Below the pieces are notes generated by a model. It was not told the DNA's origin and did no database searches. It was given only the letters and a program-made list of their open reading frames with translations. A stretch of 64,000 bases of DNA, from the NCBI GenBank assembly GCA_038217285.1, contig JBBQPO010000001.1, positions 1 to 64,000 on the forward strand. The letters run 5' to 3'. Shown here piece after piece: positions 9,401 to 18,752 of the stretch. The translations under genes and the position numbers were made by a program. Source of the stretch: Chthonomonadales bacterium. Lineage in GTDB: Bacteria; Armatimonadota; Chthonomonadetes; Chthonomonadales; Chthonomonadaceae. Position 1 is the stretch's first letter. Each line of letters starts with the position of its first letter.

Positions 9401-9700
9401 GCAGGGAACGATATCGCCCAGGCATACTATCGTCTAGTGCTGGAACGCCTGGATACTATCACAAAACAACCGGGAGATAACGAAGTTGCTGTCGATCTGG
9501 CCCTGATGATTGAAGAGGCTATCCGTAAAGAGGTTGTCGTCGATTGGCGGCAGAAGGAGGACATTATCAACCGGATGCGCTCCAACATCGACGATGGGTT
9601 TTTTGAACTATCTGAGCAGGGCAAACTGGAACTCAACTGGATGGTACTGGACGAAATAGCCGGAGAAGCCTTGCGCGTTGCCAGGAGCAGACTGGAATGA
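6455..9700 (+). CDS. hsdR: Type I R-M restriction subunit R
   Basis: DVVLFVNGIPFVVVECK nuclease motif, HTQGSGKS Walker A, DESHR, GFTGTP, LLTGFDAP, QAIARVNR. Confidence 0.97.
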   Translation: MSATIGPDDEEVGFEGTEREQSQMAAVALLSRLGYQYLTRKEALEMRGGKASRILLTDILSAQLSKLNRIRYKGREEYFTQANVRRAIQALEDVPLVEGMQRAGEQVYDLLRLGKSLEQTIEGDKGERDTKSFTIRYVDWENPQNNVYHVTTEYSLLRASSQKMCLLDVVLFVNGIPFVVVECKNRGVDVAEAISNILAYQSADFVPELFKYIQVVLATNVNEAKYATVGTEAKFWAVWRSRVDPDAEIEALLRKPLPEKEREAVLSNFVHEERQFYAIEQQGRKATEQDRALYNLCRPECLIELTGKFVLYDGGIKKIARYHQYDAVEQALKRILTRQSDGKRLGGVIWHTQGSGKSLTMVMLANAIALSKEIENPRIILVTDRTDLDKQIAGTFYRCALEPKRATSGADLRRLVSDSRAGVITTLVQKFQAAMTQGEFTDASPDIFVLVDESHRTQYGTLHAQMRRVFPNACYLGFTGTPLLRDDKSTLTKFGGLIDAYDMEQAVEDKAVVPLLYERRHVPQDVQSGPIDRWFERICEGLTEEQKKDLKKKYSRAEPLLKTDERLREIAYDVWGHYRTSWQGADGFKAQLVAPDRLSALKLHDYLEDLGKTDGKTISSAVVISTNRDDREGYEETNDPISNRIADFGRQIEKEYGSEEQYDESIIDRFKHAEEPEILIVVDKLLTGFDAPCNTVLYLARRLAHHSLLQAIARVNRLYPGKEFGFILDYVGVLGELDRALNEYAALKGYDLSDIEGTIDSIRTELQSLPQRYADLIDLFRSIQNKSDEEEYELLLAEEDVRKEFYSVLAAFSKSLKIALSTELFYEETPPEVIERYKVDLRRFQKLRASVQRRYADTVDMKAYEPQIAKLLDTYVHSDAVEILTAGPINIFDDKAMEAALEQLTSKTEAAQADLIASNTDRTLIERMDEDPALYRKFSEMIQETIKAFRDRLITETDYLQRVLDIRGQVVSRSGSDVPTRLAGNDIAQAYYRLVLERLDTITKQPGDNEVAVDLALMIEEAIRKEVVVDWRQKEDIINRMRSNIDDGFFELSEQGKLELNWMVLDEIAGEALRVARSRLE

Positions 9701-10398
9701 GCAGCGTCACCTACGGAAGCCGGACTATCTCCTATTCACTGAATCGTGCAGACCGCAAGACACTGGCCATCACCGTAAAGCCAGATATGTCCGTCGTAGT
9801 CTCCGCTCCACATGCCGCAGAACAAGAAGCCATCGAGTGCATTCTGCGCAAGCGCTCTGCCTGGATAGTTCGTCAACAGCGTTTCTTCGCCCAGTTCTTG
9901 CCACGTACCCCTGCCCGGCAGTTTGTAAGCGGGGAGACCCATCTTTACCTCGGGCGGCAGTATCGCCTGCGCCTCCGTCAAGCCGAAAATGAAGACGTCA
10001 AACTGATCGCCGGTTACCTCTATATCTATGTTGGAGACACTTCCGATGGAGATAAAGTGAGAGAACTGCTCTGTCACTGGTACGCGACCCACGCCGAAGT
10101 GCGGTTCAACGAACGCTTAACAGCCTGTATGCAACAGATCGCAGGCTGGAACATTCCGATGCCCCAATTAGACCTCCGCAGTATGGCGCGTAGCTGGGGC
10201 AGTTGCAGTCCAACCGGACGTCTGACGCTCAATATCGATCTGGTACGCGCTCCGCGCGCCTGCATCGATTACGTGATCCTTCACGAATTCTGTCATCTTG
10301 TTCATCCCAACCATTCGAGAGAGTTCTACAAACTGCTCGCGACGGTCTTACCTGATTGGCGAAGCCGGAAAATGCGTTTGGAAAAGATACTGTCGTAG
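9697..10398 (+). CDS. M48/YgjP (DUF45)-type metallopeptidase associated with type I R-M
   Basis: GETHLYLG, WGSCS, DYVILHEFCH (HExxH), NHSREFY; ATGA overlap with hsdR. Confidence 0.9.
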   Translation: MSSVTYGSRTISYSLNRADRKTLAITVKPDMSVVVSAPHAAEQEAIECILRKRSAWIVRQQRFFAQFLPRTPARQFVSGETHLYLGRQYRLRLRQAENEDVKLIAGYLYIYVGDTSDGDKVRELLCHWYATHAEVRFNERLTACMQQIAGWNIPMPQLDLRSMARSWGSCSPTGRLTLNIDLVRAPRACIDYVILHEFCHLVHPNHSREFYKLLATVLPDWRSRKMRLEKILS

Positions 10399-10736
10399 AG
10401 ACATTATAGGCTACGGTTTTGTGACGCAGGCAGTAAGTCGGCGGTCCAGGTCGAGAAGCAGGAATAGACCCGTTCCGAAACAACATCGGAACGGGTCTTT
10501 CTCTCATTCCAAGGAACCGGATTTCCTCGTCAGAGAAGTCTCTCACAACTCTGCCACATAATCCTCTTCCGAGCGCCTTCCAACGCATACTTCCACCGCG
10601 TCCGACGGTCTTGACGGCAGCCGTTTTCCCATAGCGAACGTTTTCTTGCAGGATATACGACGTTTACGTCGAACTTGGGATTACTGGCTTCGATGTCCGC
10701 TACAGAAGCAAATGCCAACCCTCCTGGATACGCCCG

Positions 10737-12773
10737 ATGCCGTTTTACAAAAACGCCAGTTATGCCGGTGAGACCATTACCCTACAGAATGCAGGCATGC
10801 GCGTAGAGTTTCATAAGCGCCTGACCGGTTGGGGCTGGGCCGAGATATTCAACGGGCAGGGTGAGCCAATCGCCGTCCTCGACCATCTGGGCGAGATCCT
10901 GTTGTGCGGTCAGGAGATCCCGATGCGCCTGGAGGCCGCCGAGGTGCGCCGGGAGGACGGGGAGTTCGGCAGCCGCCTCATCTGCGCCGTACGCTCCCTC
11001 ATCGTGCGCGACAGTCTGCGTGGAACCTCCTTTCAGGACTGGATCGACTATCCCCTTGACAGACACATCCTGGAAGGTGAAGTGATCCTGACTCTCTCCC
11101 CGGACCGCTCGATCCTTTCCCTCTCGCATCGCTTTACGGCGAAAGGCAATGTCACGGCACGGTATATACGCGGGCCGTGGCTCAAAGTCGGGCAGGATGC
11201 GTTCGGCACGGAGAAAGACGACGCGCTCTTTCCGGGCGTGGAGTGGCTGGTCGGCGCGGAGTGGTCGAGCGGGACCGACTGGTTCAAAGATCCCTGGGCC
11301 AAACGCTGGATGCCGCATCCGAACAAAGTCACTGCGCCCGTGATGGCTGTCAGTCGGGGCGGAACGGCGATCGGCCTGACCTGGAACCCGGACGCCATGG
11401 CGACCGGCTGGTTCAACAACCGGCGCTGCCTCCCGCAGCCGGTCTTCGCCTCACCGAACTTCCTCGATCGCCGCAACAACCATCTGCTGGGCCTTATGGT
11501 TCCCGACGCCAGCAGTGAGGACCAGGAGAACCGGGTCGAAGCGGAGCCGCCGCTGGAGCTGCACCTCGATCAGCGCATCGCCTTCGACTCCGAGATTCTG
11601 CTGTGCGAGGGCAACAGCCTGGATATGATGGTCGCGTGGGCGCAGCGCACGGGGATGCCCCCGGTTCCTGTGCCGCGCCAGACCCTTCCGGAGGCGCTGC
11701 ACCGTATCGCGACGGCCTACAACACACACCTGTGGCACGAAGGCAAGGGATTCGGTAATGGCCAGACACCCGACGACATCCGGGCCAGGGAGCCGCGTTT
11801 TGCCGCCCGCTATCTGCGGCAGTTCTCCGGCGCGGCGCCGGCGCGCGATTTGCAGGCGAAAATCGACTGGTGTCGCGGACAGTCGCCTCGGGAGGAGCGG
11901 GCGCCAGCCGAAGCGGAGATTGAGCGACGGCGGCAAGGCGAAGAGCTGCTTTCTCACCAGCGTCCGGACGGCTCGTTCGCCTTCGATCCCGATGGACGGC
12001 ACTACCGTAAAGACGATTTCGTGATCGCCCGCGCCTTTCTGGAGCCGATGGGCCTGGCAGGCGATACCGCACTCGACATCACGATCCTGCCGGCCCTGGA
12101 GCTGCTCCGGCTCGCCGAGACGACAGAGGATGCGGACTTCCGGTCCGCAGCACAGCGGGCGCTCGACTACTGCCTGCCGATGCAGCGGCCCGAAGGCGGC
12201 GACTTCTGGGAGACGCCGCTGCACGCGCCCAATCTTCTGGCGGCCGGGCACGCCGCCTGCGCCTATCTGCTCGGCTCACGCGCCTTTCCCGACGATGATC
12301 GCTACCGCCGCAAAGCAGTCTACTGGATTCGCGCCCTGTTGCCGTTCACGCATCTCTGGGAGCCGCGCAGCCTGCCGATGCTCTATAACACCAAGCCGTG
12401 TCTCTGCTCCAGCGACTGGTATTTCGCGAACTGGGTGCGCGATCACGTGCAGTGGGAGGTCCTGGAGACGTTCGCCCTCTCCACGGAACTAGGTATCGAC
12501 TGGCAGAGCGTAGACCCGGAATTGGAATGGCGCACCTACCATTGGGGCATCACCGTAGCCTCTCTGCGCTGGATGCTCGATCACACCGACGGCAACTGGC
12601 TGCCGCACAACCTGCCCGACTCCTACGCCGCCTACCTGCGGGGCGACTTCGACGCCTGCTTCGCCGACACGCACAACAGCGTTACCGGGCACTACGGTGG
12701 TATGGCGATCCTGCCGGATGTCATCGCGCTCAATCTCATGGCCATTTTGGAGTACGGAGAGGAGGCTTCATGA
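10737..12773 (+). CDS. Large hypothetical protein, possible carbohydrate-active enzyme
   Basis: 678 aa, Trp/Asp-rich, no signal peptide; heads the sugar-acid operon and is coupled (ATGA) to the next gene. Confidence 0.6.
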   Translation: MPFYKNASYAGETITLQNAGMRVEFHKRLTGWGWAEIFNGQGEPIAVLDHLGEILLCGQEIPMRLEAAEVRREDGEFGSRLICAVRSLIVRDSLRGTSFQDWIDYPLDRHILEGEVILTLSPDRSILSLSHRFTAKGNVTARYIRGPWLKVGQDAFGTEKDDALFPGVEWLVGAEWSSGTDWFKDPWAKRWMPHPNKVTAPVMAVSRGGTAIGLTWNPDAMATGWFNNRRCLPQPVFASPNFLDRRNNHLLGLMVPDASSEDQENRVEAEPPLELHLDQRIAFDSEILLCEGNSLDMMVAWAQRTGMPPVPVPRQTLPEALHRIATAYNTHLWHEGKGFGNGQTPDDIRAREPRFAARYLRQFSGAAPARDLQAKIDWCRGQSPREERAPAEAEIERRRQGEELLSHQRPDGSFAFDPDGRHYRKDDFVIARAFLEPMGLAGDTALDITILPALELLRLAETTEDADFRSAAQRALDYCLPMQRPEGGDFWETPLHAPNLLAAGHAACAYLLGSRAFPDDDRYRRKAVYWIRALLPFTHLWEPRSLPMLYNTKPCLCSSDWYFANWVRDHVQWEVLETFALSTELGIDWQSVDPELEWRTYHWGITVASLRWMLDHTDGNWLPHNLPDSYAAYLRGDFDACFADTHNSVTGHYGGMAILPDVIALNLMAILEYGEEAS

Positions 12774-13870
12774 GGCCTCCTGTGCGTGTGGCAGTGATCG
12801 GAACCGGCTGGTGGGCGACGGCCACCCACATTCCAGCGCTGCTTGAGGACCCCGCCGTCGAACTCGTCGCGCTGTGCGACCGGAGCGCGGAGCGGGTGCA
12901 GACGGCCGCGACCGCCTTCGGCATCGAACGTACCTACACCGACCACCGCGTGCTGCTGGCCGAGATGCGCCCGGACGCGGTCGTCGTCGCTACCACCCAT
13001 GCGACGCACTTCACGGTCGCCGACGACTGCCTTGCGGCGGGGACGCACGTGCTTATCGAGAAGCCCATGACGCTCCTGGCAGCGGATGCACGCGCCCTGG
13101 TGGAGCATGCGGGACGAGTCGGTCGGGCCGTGATCGTCGGGTATCCGTGGAACTACCTCGCGCAGGTCCGACAGGTTCAGGCGCGGATCGCCTCCGGAAC
13201 GCTCGGCCTGATCCAACTGGTGCAGTGCGTCTTCAACTCGTACAACGCCGATCTTATCGCTGGCAAGGACCGCTCGGCGCATCCCGGAGGTTATGCGGTG
13301 CATGGACCAGGCGATGTCTATAGTCGGCCGGAACACTCCGGCGGCGGGCACGGGCACCTCCAGATAACCCACGCGGCGGGACTGCTCTGCGCCGTCACCG
13401 GCCTGCGGGTCGCGCGGGTGCAGGCGCGCATGGCGAACCACGGCCTGCCGCTCGATCTGGTCGATGTCATCCTTGTCGAGTTCGAGGGCGGCGCTCTGGG
13501 CACGGTGAGCGGAACCAGCAACGGCTTCCTTCCAAAAAGTACTCTCTCCCTCGGCTGCGCACGCGGCAGTGTGGAGATGGATATTTTTACCGGAACAACC
13601 GTGATTAAGGCGGCAGACGCCGAACGCGAAGCGCTTCCGACCGTGGAAGAGCCCGACACGCGGTTCGCGCCGGTGCGCCACTTGATCGCCATCGCCCAGG
13701 GCATAGAAGCGCTGCCTGCGCGCCCTGAAGTCGGCCTGCACGCCGTGGAACTTCTCGATGCCGCATACCGCTCCGCCGCCGCGAACGGCGCGCCCGTCCG
13801 CGTGGAGGAGCTGTATCCACGGGATTTCAATCCCGACGACCCTGGATTGTCAAAGAGGACAAACACATGA
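12770..13870 (+). CDS. Gfo/Idh/MocA-family oxidoreductase
   Basis: VAVIGTGWW Rossmann motif, HVLIEKPM; start moved to ATG 12770 (GGAGG SD, ATGA overlap). Confidence 0.9.
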   Translation: MRPPVRVAVIGTGWWATATHIPALLEDPAVELVALCDRSAERVQTAATAFGIERTYTDHRVLLAEMRPDAVVVATTHATHFTVADDCLAAGTHVLIEKPMTLLAADARALVEHAGRVGRAVIVGYPWNYLAQVRQVQARIASGTLGLIQLVQCVFNSYNADLIAGKDRSAHPGGYAVHGPGDVYSRPEHSGGGHGHLQITHAAGLLCAVTGLRVARVQARMANHGLPLDLVDVILVEFEGGALGTVSGTSNGFLPKSTLSLGCARGSVEMDIFTGTTVIKAADAEREALPTVEEPDTRFAPVRHLIAIAQGIEALPARPEVGLHAVELLDAAYRSAAANGAPVRVEELYPRDFNPDDPGLSKRTNT

Positions 13871-15036
13871 AGATCACCGAGGTAAAGGCCGTACGGGTCC
13901 GGTTTCCGGGTCGGAACGAGCGGGAGGTCGGTCGCAGCAAGGCGTGGACGCACGACGCGGAGGTCGCCAACCCAATGTCGCGCTACCCCGCTTACAAGCG
14001 CCACCGCAGTCTCTGGACCCCGAAATGGGGCGAGGTCTGGTGCAAAGTAGTGCTTGAAGACGGGACGTGGGGCCTTGGTCAGACCGCCAACGGGCGTCCG
14101 GTCGCGGCGGTAATCGACGACCACCTCGGCCCACTGCTGGTGGGGCACGACGTGATGGCCGGCGAGAATATCGCCGATATGCTCTTCCGCCTGACGAAGC
14201 CGTACGGCTCGACGGGACTCGCGTCTTACGCTGTCAGCGCTATCGATCTGGCGCTCTGGGACGCGCGCGGCAAACACCTGGGTCAGCCGGTCTATGCCTT
14301 GCTCGGCGGGCTTCAAAAGGAGAAGATCCAGTGCTACGCCACCGGTAACGATGTCGAATGGTACAAAGAACTCGGCTTTACGGCGTTCAAACTGGCCTGC
14401 CCCTACGGTCCTGCCGACGGCATCGAAGGGATTCGGAAGAATGAGGATTTTGTGGCACGGGCGCGGGAGAGCATCGGCCCGCAGGCGGAACTGATGCTCG
14501 ACTGCTGGATGGCGTTCGATGTCGAGTACACCGTGCGCCTCGCCGAAGCCCTGCGGCCCTATGGCCTCAAATGGATGGAGGAGTGCCTGATCCCCGAGGA
14601 CACCGACGGCCATATCGCCCTTCGGCAGCGGCTGCCCTGGCAGACGCTCGCGACCGGCGAGCACTGGTATACCCACGTTCCGTTTCTGTGGGCCGCCTCG
14701 CACCGGGTCGCCGACATTCTGCAGCCCGACATCAACTGGTGCGGCGGAGCGACCGCCTGCCGCCGCATTGCAGACGCCGCCGATGCAGCCGGGATTGCCG
14801 TCATCCTCCACGCCGGAGGCAACACCGTCTTCGGCCAGCACTTCAGTTTCGCGACACCCTGTGTGCCGTGGTGTGAGTTCTTCGTCGCCTCCGATCCGGG
14901 CGTTCCGCTCGAAAAAGGCTGGCGCTATCCCGGCCAGAGCCTGCCGGTCGACGGATGGATCACACCGAACGACGCCCCTGGCTTTGGTCTGGAGGTCGAT
15001 CCGGCGTGGATCGAACCTTACTGGGGCGCAGAATGA
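13867..15036 (+). CDS. Mandelate racemase/enolase-family sugar-acid dehydratase, L-rhamnonate dehydratase-like
   Basis: VANPMSRYP, SAIDLALWD, CYATG, LMLDCWM, WMEECL, TGEH, LQPDINWCGG. Confidence 0.85.
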   Translation: MKITEVKAVRVRFPGRNEREVGRSKAWTHDAEVANPMSRYPAYKRHRSLWTPKWGEVWCKVVLEDGTWGLGQTANGRPVAAVIDDHLGPLLVGHDVMAGENIADMLFRLTKPYGSTGLASYAVSAIDLALWDARGKHLGQPVYALLGGLQKEKIQCYATGNDVEWYKELGFTAFKLACPYGPADGIEGIRKNEDFVARARESIGPQAELMLDCWMAFDVEYTVRLAEALRPYGLKWMEECLIPEDTDGHIALRQRLPWQTLATGEHWYTHVPFLWAASHRVADILQPDINWCGGATACRRIADAADAAGIAVILHAGGNTVFGQHFSFATPCVPWCEFFVASDPGVPLEKGWRYPGQSLPVDGWITPNDAPGFGLEVDPAWIEPYWGAE

Positions 15037-16583
15037 GAACACGGCGTCAGCCATCAAGACCGATTCGGCGTCGATCAAGAACCGTGCTCTGGCTGCTGTT
15101 GATGGGGTGGGCGCTGCTGGCGGGCGGGGATCGCGATCTGCGGGCGCAGACGCCGCCCGACTCGAAGGCGCACATCGTGCTCAGCACCGTCAGCGCGAAC
15201 TACCGCGAGGGCCTGCTTCAACTGGCGCGAGAGTATGAGCAGAAACACCCTGACGTCTCGGTGACGATCCAGGTGCAGCCGGTCAACGGCTACGAGACGG
15301 TCCTGCGCACGCAGATCGAGAGCCACGCCGCCGGCGCGCCCGACATCTACAACGTCAACTATACCAACGGCTACTACGAGCGCGGACTGCTGGTGAACCT
15401 GACGCCGTTTCTCAAAGAGCGCAACCCCTCCACCGGCAAGCCGTGGCGTGACAACCTGGACGCGCAGTTCCTGGAGAAGTACAAGTCCGGCGGCGACGTC
15501 GCCACGATCCCCTTCGACTTCATCGAGGTCGCCTTCTTCTACAACAGGCGTCTCTTCGACCGGCTCGGCCTGCAACCGCCCCGCACCTGGGAGGAGATGC
15601 TGGCGACGGCGGAGAAGATCCGGCAGGCGGGAATGATCCCGTTCGCGGTACCGGGCGACACCGACTCCTACTGGTCGGGCACGGTCGGATGGATCTTTCG
15701 CTTCTTTACCGACGCCTACCTGCGCGACACGGTACCGCAGGTGATGTCGCAGCCGGGTGACTGGGACTATGACCGCCGCAAGAATGGGTCTTTTCACCTG
15801 AATGTCGGAGACGCCTATAACGACGCGACGGTTGTCGTCAACGCGGAGCGTCTGCTGGCCGCCGTGCGGGACCACAAGATCCGCATGGAGAGCCCGCGCT
15901 TCCGCGAAGCCTACACCAAAATCTTCGCGTTCGCGCAGTACTGGCAGCCCGGCTTCAACGGCACCAGCGCGAACTCCGCGTACCAGTTGTTCCTCACCCA
16001 GAAAGCGGCGATGATGATCAACGCCTCGCCGACTATCGCGACGCTGACACGCGACATGGACGATCTCTACCCACGGGACCGCTTCGACTGGGGGCTGTTC
16101 CCGGTGCCGCCCATGACGCAGTCGGCCTTCCACATTCCGCCGTTTCGAGGCGTGGGCGGCGCGGGCGTGGTGTTCGGGGTCGTGAAGAAGAGCGACGCGC
16201 AGACCCGGCGCGTCGTCGATTTCCTGATGTTCCTGACCTCGCCGCACGCCGCGCAGACCCTGGTGGCAGAGGCGACGAAGGCCCGGCAGCCGATCAACGG
16301 CCCCCTGCTGATTCCGGGCGCGGCGCTGCCGGAGGCGATCGCGCGCCGCTTCTCCGCCTTCGAACATCGGGGCTTCGAGAAGCTGAGCTTTCGCGGCCTG
16401 GCGGACGAACAGGAGTCGGTCTGGAAATGGACGGTCTGGGCGCAGCGCTATCTGGACGGCCGCATCTCCGTGGACGAGTGCCTGGCGCACTACCAGCAGG
16501 TGATGGACGAGGCGGCTCCCCGCGTCGCCCGTGAGATGAACTACGATATGGACCCGCGGACGAAGGATCCGCCGAAGCCATGA
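15033..16583 (+). CDS. Carbohydrate ABC transporter substrate-binding protein
   Basis: N-terminal signal-like segment, APDIY, FFYNRRLFDRLGLQPPRTWEEM; start ATG 15033 overlaps the previous stop. Confidence 0.88.
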   Translation: MRTRRQPSRPIRRRSRTVLWLLLMGWALLAGGDRDLRAQTPPDSKAHIVLSTVSANYREGLLQLAREYEQKHPDVSVTIQVQPVNGYETVLRTQIESHAAGAPDIYNVNYTNGYYERGLLVNLTPFLKERNPSTGKPWRDNLDAQFLEKYKSGGDVATIPFDFIEVAFFYNRRLFDRLGLQPPRTWEEMLATAEKIRQAGMIPFAVPGDTDSYWSGTVGWIFRFFTDAYLRDTVPQVMSQPGDWDYDRRKNGSFHLNVGDAYNDATVVVNAERLLAAVRDHKIRMESPRFREAYTKIFAFAQYWQPGFNGTSANSAYQLFLTQKAAMMINASPTIATLTRDMDDLYPRDRFDWGLFPVPPMTQSAFHIPPFRGVGGAGVVFGVVKKSDAQTRRVVDFLMFLTSPHAAQTLVAEATKARQPINGPLLIPGAALPEAIARRFSAFEHRGFEKLSFRGLADEQESVWKWTVWAQRYLDGRISVDECLAHYQQVMDEAAPRVAREMNYDMDPRTKDPPKP

Positions 16584-17473
16584 AGTGGCCCCTCCTGTTG
16601 TGGCGGCATCGCGCCTCCTATCTCTTTCTGCTGCCGACTTTTCTCTTTCTGGCGGTCTTCAACTATGTGCCTGCCCTCTCCGGGCTGGCCCACGCCTTTA
16701 CGGAGTGGGAGACCGGCGGCACGGCGCACTGGATCGGCCTAGGCAACTTCCGGCAGATGGCGGGCGACGAGTTTCTGCGCCTGAGCATCGTCAACCAGCT
16801 CCTTCTGCTGATCGCCAATCTGGTCAAGACGCTGGTCTTTCCGCTGATCGCGGCGGAGATGCTGTTTCATCTGCGCTCGAAGCGCCTCCAGTATGCGCTG
16901 CGCACCGCGCTCCTGATTCCGATGGTGGTGCCCGGCATGGTAGGGGTGTTGCTCTGGGGGTTCATCTACGACCCGAACATCGGCCTGCTGAACCGGCTGC
17001 TGACGGCGGTCGGCCTCTCGTCGCTGACGCGGGCCTGGCTGGGGGACTGGCATACGGCGCTGCCAGCGGTCATCGGGGTAGGGTTTCCGTGGATCAGCGG
17101 GCTGGCGCTGCTGATCTATCTGGCGGGGCTGATCGCCATGCCGCAGGAGGTGCTCGACTCCAGCGCGGTGGACGGCGCGTCGGGGTTGCAGCGGATCTGG
17201 TCGGTGGACCTGCCGCTGATCCGGGGCCAGATGCGGCTGCTCGCGGCGCTGACCATCATCGGGACGCTCCAGGATTTCGGCAGCCTGCTGGTCCTGACCG
17301 GCGGTGGGCCGGGCCTGGCGACCCACGTTCCCGCCCTGCACATGTACTACGAGGCGTTCCGCTTCGGGCACTATGGCTATGCGTCGGCCATCGGGTTCGT
17401 GCTGTTCCTGACGATTCTGGCGTTTACGGTCACGAACATGCGCTTCGGCCGTTCCACGGTCGAGAGGGGATAG
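16580..17473 (+). CDS. Carbohydrate ABC transporter permease
   Basis: Multiple TM helices, EAA-like loop (VLDSSAVDGAS), GYASAIG. Confidence 0.93.
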   Translation: MKWPLLLWRHRASYLFLLPTFLFLAVFNYVPALSGLAHAFTEWETGGTAHWIGLGNFRQMAGDEFLRLSIVNQLLLLIANLVKTLVFPLIAAEMLFHLRSKRLQYALRTALLIPMVVPGMVGVLLWGFIYDPNIGLLNRLLTAVGLSSLTRAWLGDWHTALPAVIGVGFPWISGLALLIYLAGLIAMPQEVLDSSAVDGASGLQRIWSVDLPLIRGQMRLLAALTIIGTLQDFGSLLVLTGGGPGLATHVPALHMYYEAFRFGHYGYASAIGFVLFLTILAFTVTNMRFGRSTVERG

Positions 17474-17486
17474 GGAGAGGCGCGTC

Positions 17487-18377
17487 GTGACCACAAAGAT
17501 CAACTCAGTAAAGACGCGCAATGCGTTCGGTCAGGCCGCGCTCCTCGGCGGACTGCTGGCGCTGTTGGCGCTGGCGCTCGTGCCGTTCGTGATGATGGTG
17601 GGGATGTCTCTCAAGAGCAACGCGCAGATCTTCGCGCACTTCTGGGAGCCGCCCGCCCCGGCGCGCTGGGACTTCTACGGCAAAGCCTGGGATGCGCTGC
17701 ACGGCTATATCTTCAACACCCTCGTCGTCGCGCTGGCGACCGTGGCGGGCGTCCTGACGCTCTCCTCGCTCGCCGCGTACACCTTTGCACGGCACCGCTT
17801 TCCAGGGCGCGAAGCGCTCTACTACCTCATTCTCGCCCTGATGATGATCCCCGGCGTCCTTACCCTGATCCCGACCTTTGCGCTGGTCAAATCGCTCGCC
17901 CTGCCGGAGATGCACCTCGGAAGCTGGTCTTTCGGTCCGTTCGCGCTCCTCAACACGCGCTGGGCGCTGATCCTGCCCTACATTTCGGGCGGACAGGTGC
18001 TGGGCATCGTCCTCTGCCGGGCCTTCCTACAGGGGCTGCCGGAGGAGATGTTCGAGGCCGCCCGCCTGGACGGGGCGAGCGAGTTCGAGATCTACCGCCG
18101 GATCGCCCTGCCTCTCTCCAAGCCCATCCTCGCTGCCCTCGCCATCACCACGACTCTGAGCGTCTACAACGACTACATATGGCCCCTCGTCACCCTCACC
18201 GACAACAACATCCAGACCTTCTCCGTCGGCGTCACCAAATTCGCAGGCGAATACAATCTCGACTACGGCCCCACCCTCGCCGGATACGCCCTCGGCAGTC
18301 TGCCCCTCCTGCTCCTTTTCGCACTCGGCATGCGCCCCTACCTCCAGGGCCTCACGGCCGGTGCCATCAAAGCCTGA
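17487..18377 (+). CDS. Carbohydrate ABC transporter permease
   Basis: EMFEAARLDGAS EAA motif, YNDYIWPLV, GLTAGAIKA C-terminus. Confidence 0.93.
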   Translation: MTTKINSVKTRNAFGQAALLGGLLALLALALVPFVMMVGMSLKSNAQIFAHFWEPPAPARWDFYGKAWDALHGYIFNTLVVALATVAGVLTLSSLAAYTFARHRFPGREALYYLILALMMIPGVLTLIPTFALVKSLALPEMHLGSWSFGPFALLNTRWALILPYISGGQVLGIVLCRAFLQGLPEEMFEAARLDGASEFEIYRRIALPLSKPILAALAITTTLSVYNDYIWPLVTLTDNNIQTFSVGVTKFAGEYNLDYGPTLAGYALGSLPLLLLFALGMRPYLQGLTAGAIKA

Positions 18378-18539
18378 CAGCCTTCCAACTCTATCCTTTC
18401 TCAAGCTTTCCGAAAGATCGAAAGAAGTTGACGATCCTGAGCGCGGAGGAAGTCGCGCTCACAGGCTCCGTTTTCCAGGTGGAGGATGAGAGGCTCGGGA
18501 AGATCTTGCGCGATCGCGGAGTAGCAGGAACCGCAGGCG

Positions 18540-18752
18540 AGGGCAATGGCAGCGACGGAAACCGCCACAATCACGACAACCTGCCCATTCTGCTGGCAGG
18601 CGGCGGGGCAAGGGCCATCAAACAGCAGGGCCAGCACCGCACGTTCGCGCAGGACACGTTCCTCAACACTCTGTTCCTCTCTCCTGGACCGCATAGGCGT
18701 ACACGCCGGATTGACAGGAGACAGCACAGGGCGCCTCATTACCCTTATCTAA
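18540..18752 (+). pseudogene. C-terminal remnant of a DUF1552-like gene
   Basis: SDGNRHNHDNLPILLAGGG in one frame continues as LLDRIGV...GDSTGRL in another frame; no 5' part present. Confidence 0.6.

Noticed and set aside
10400-10736. Short ORFs at the right edge of the type I island
   Set aside because: No recognisable motif or RBS; possibly a remnant but not supportable.
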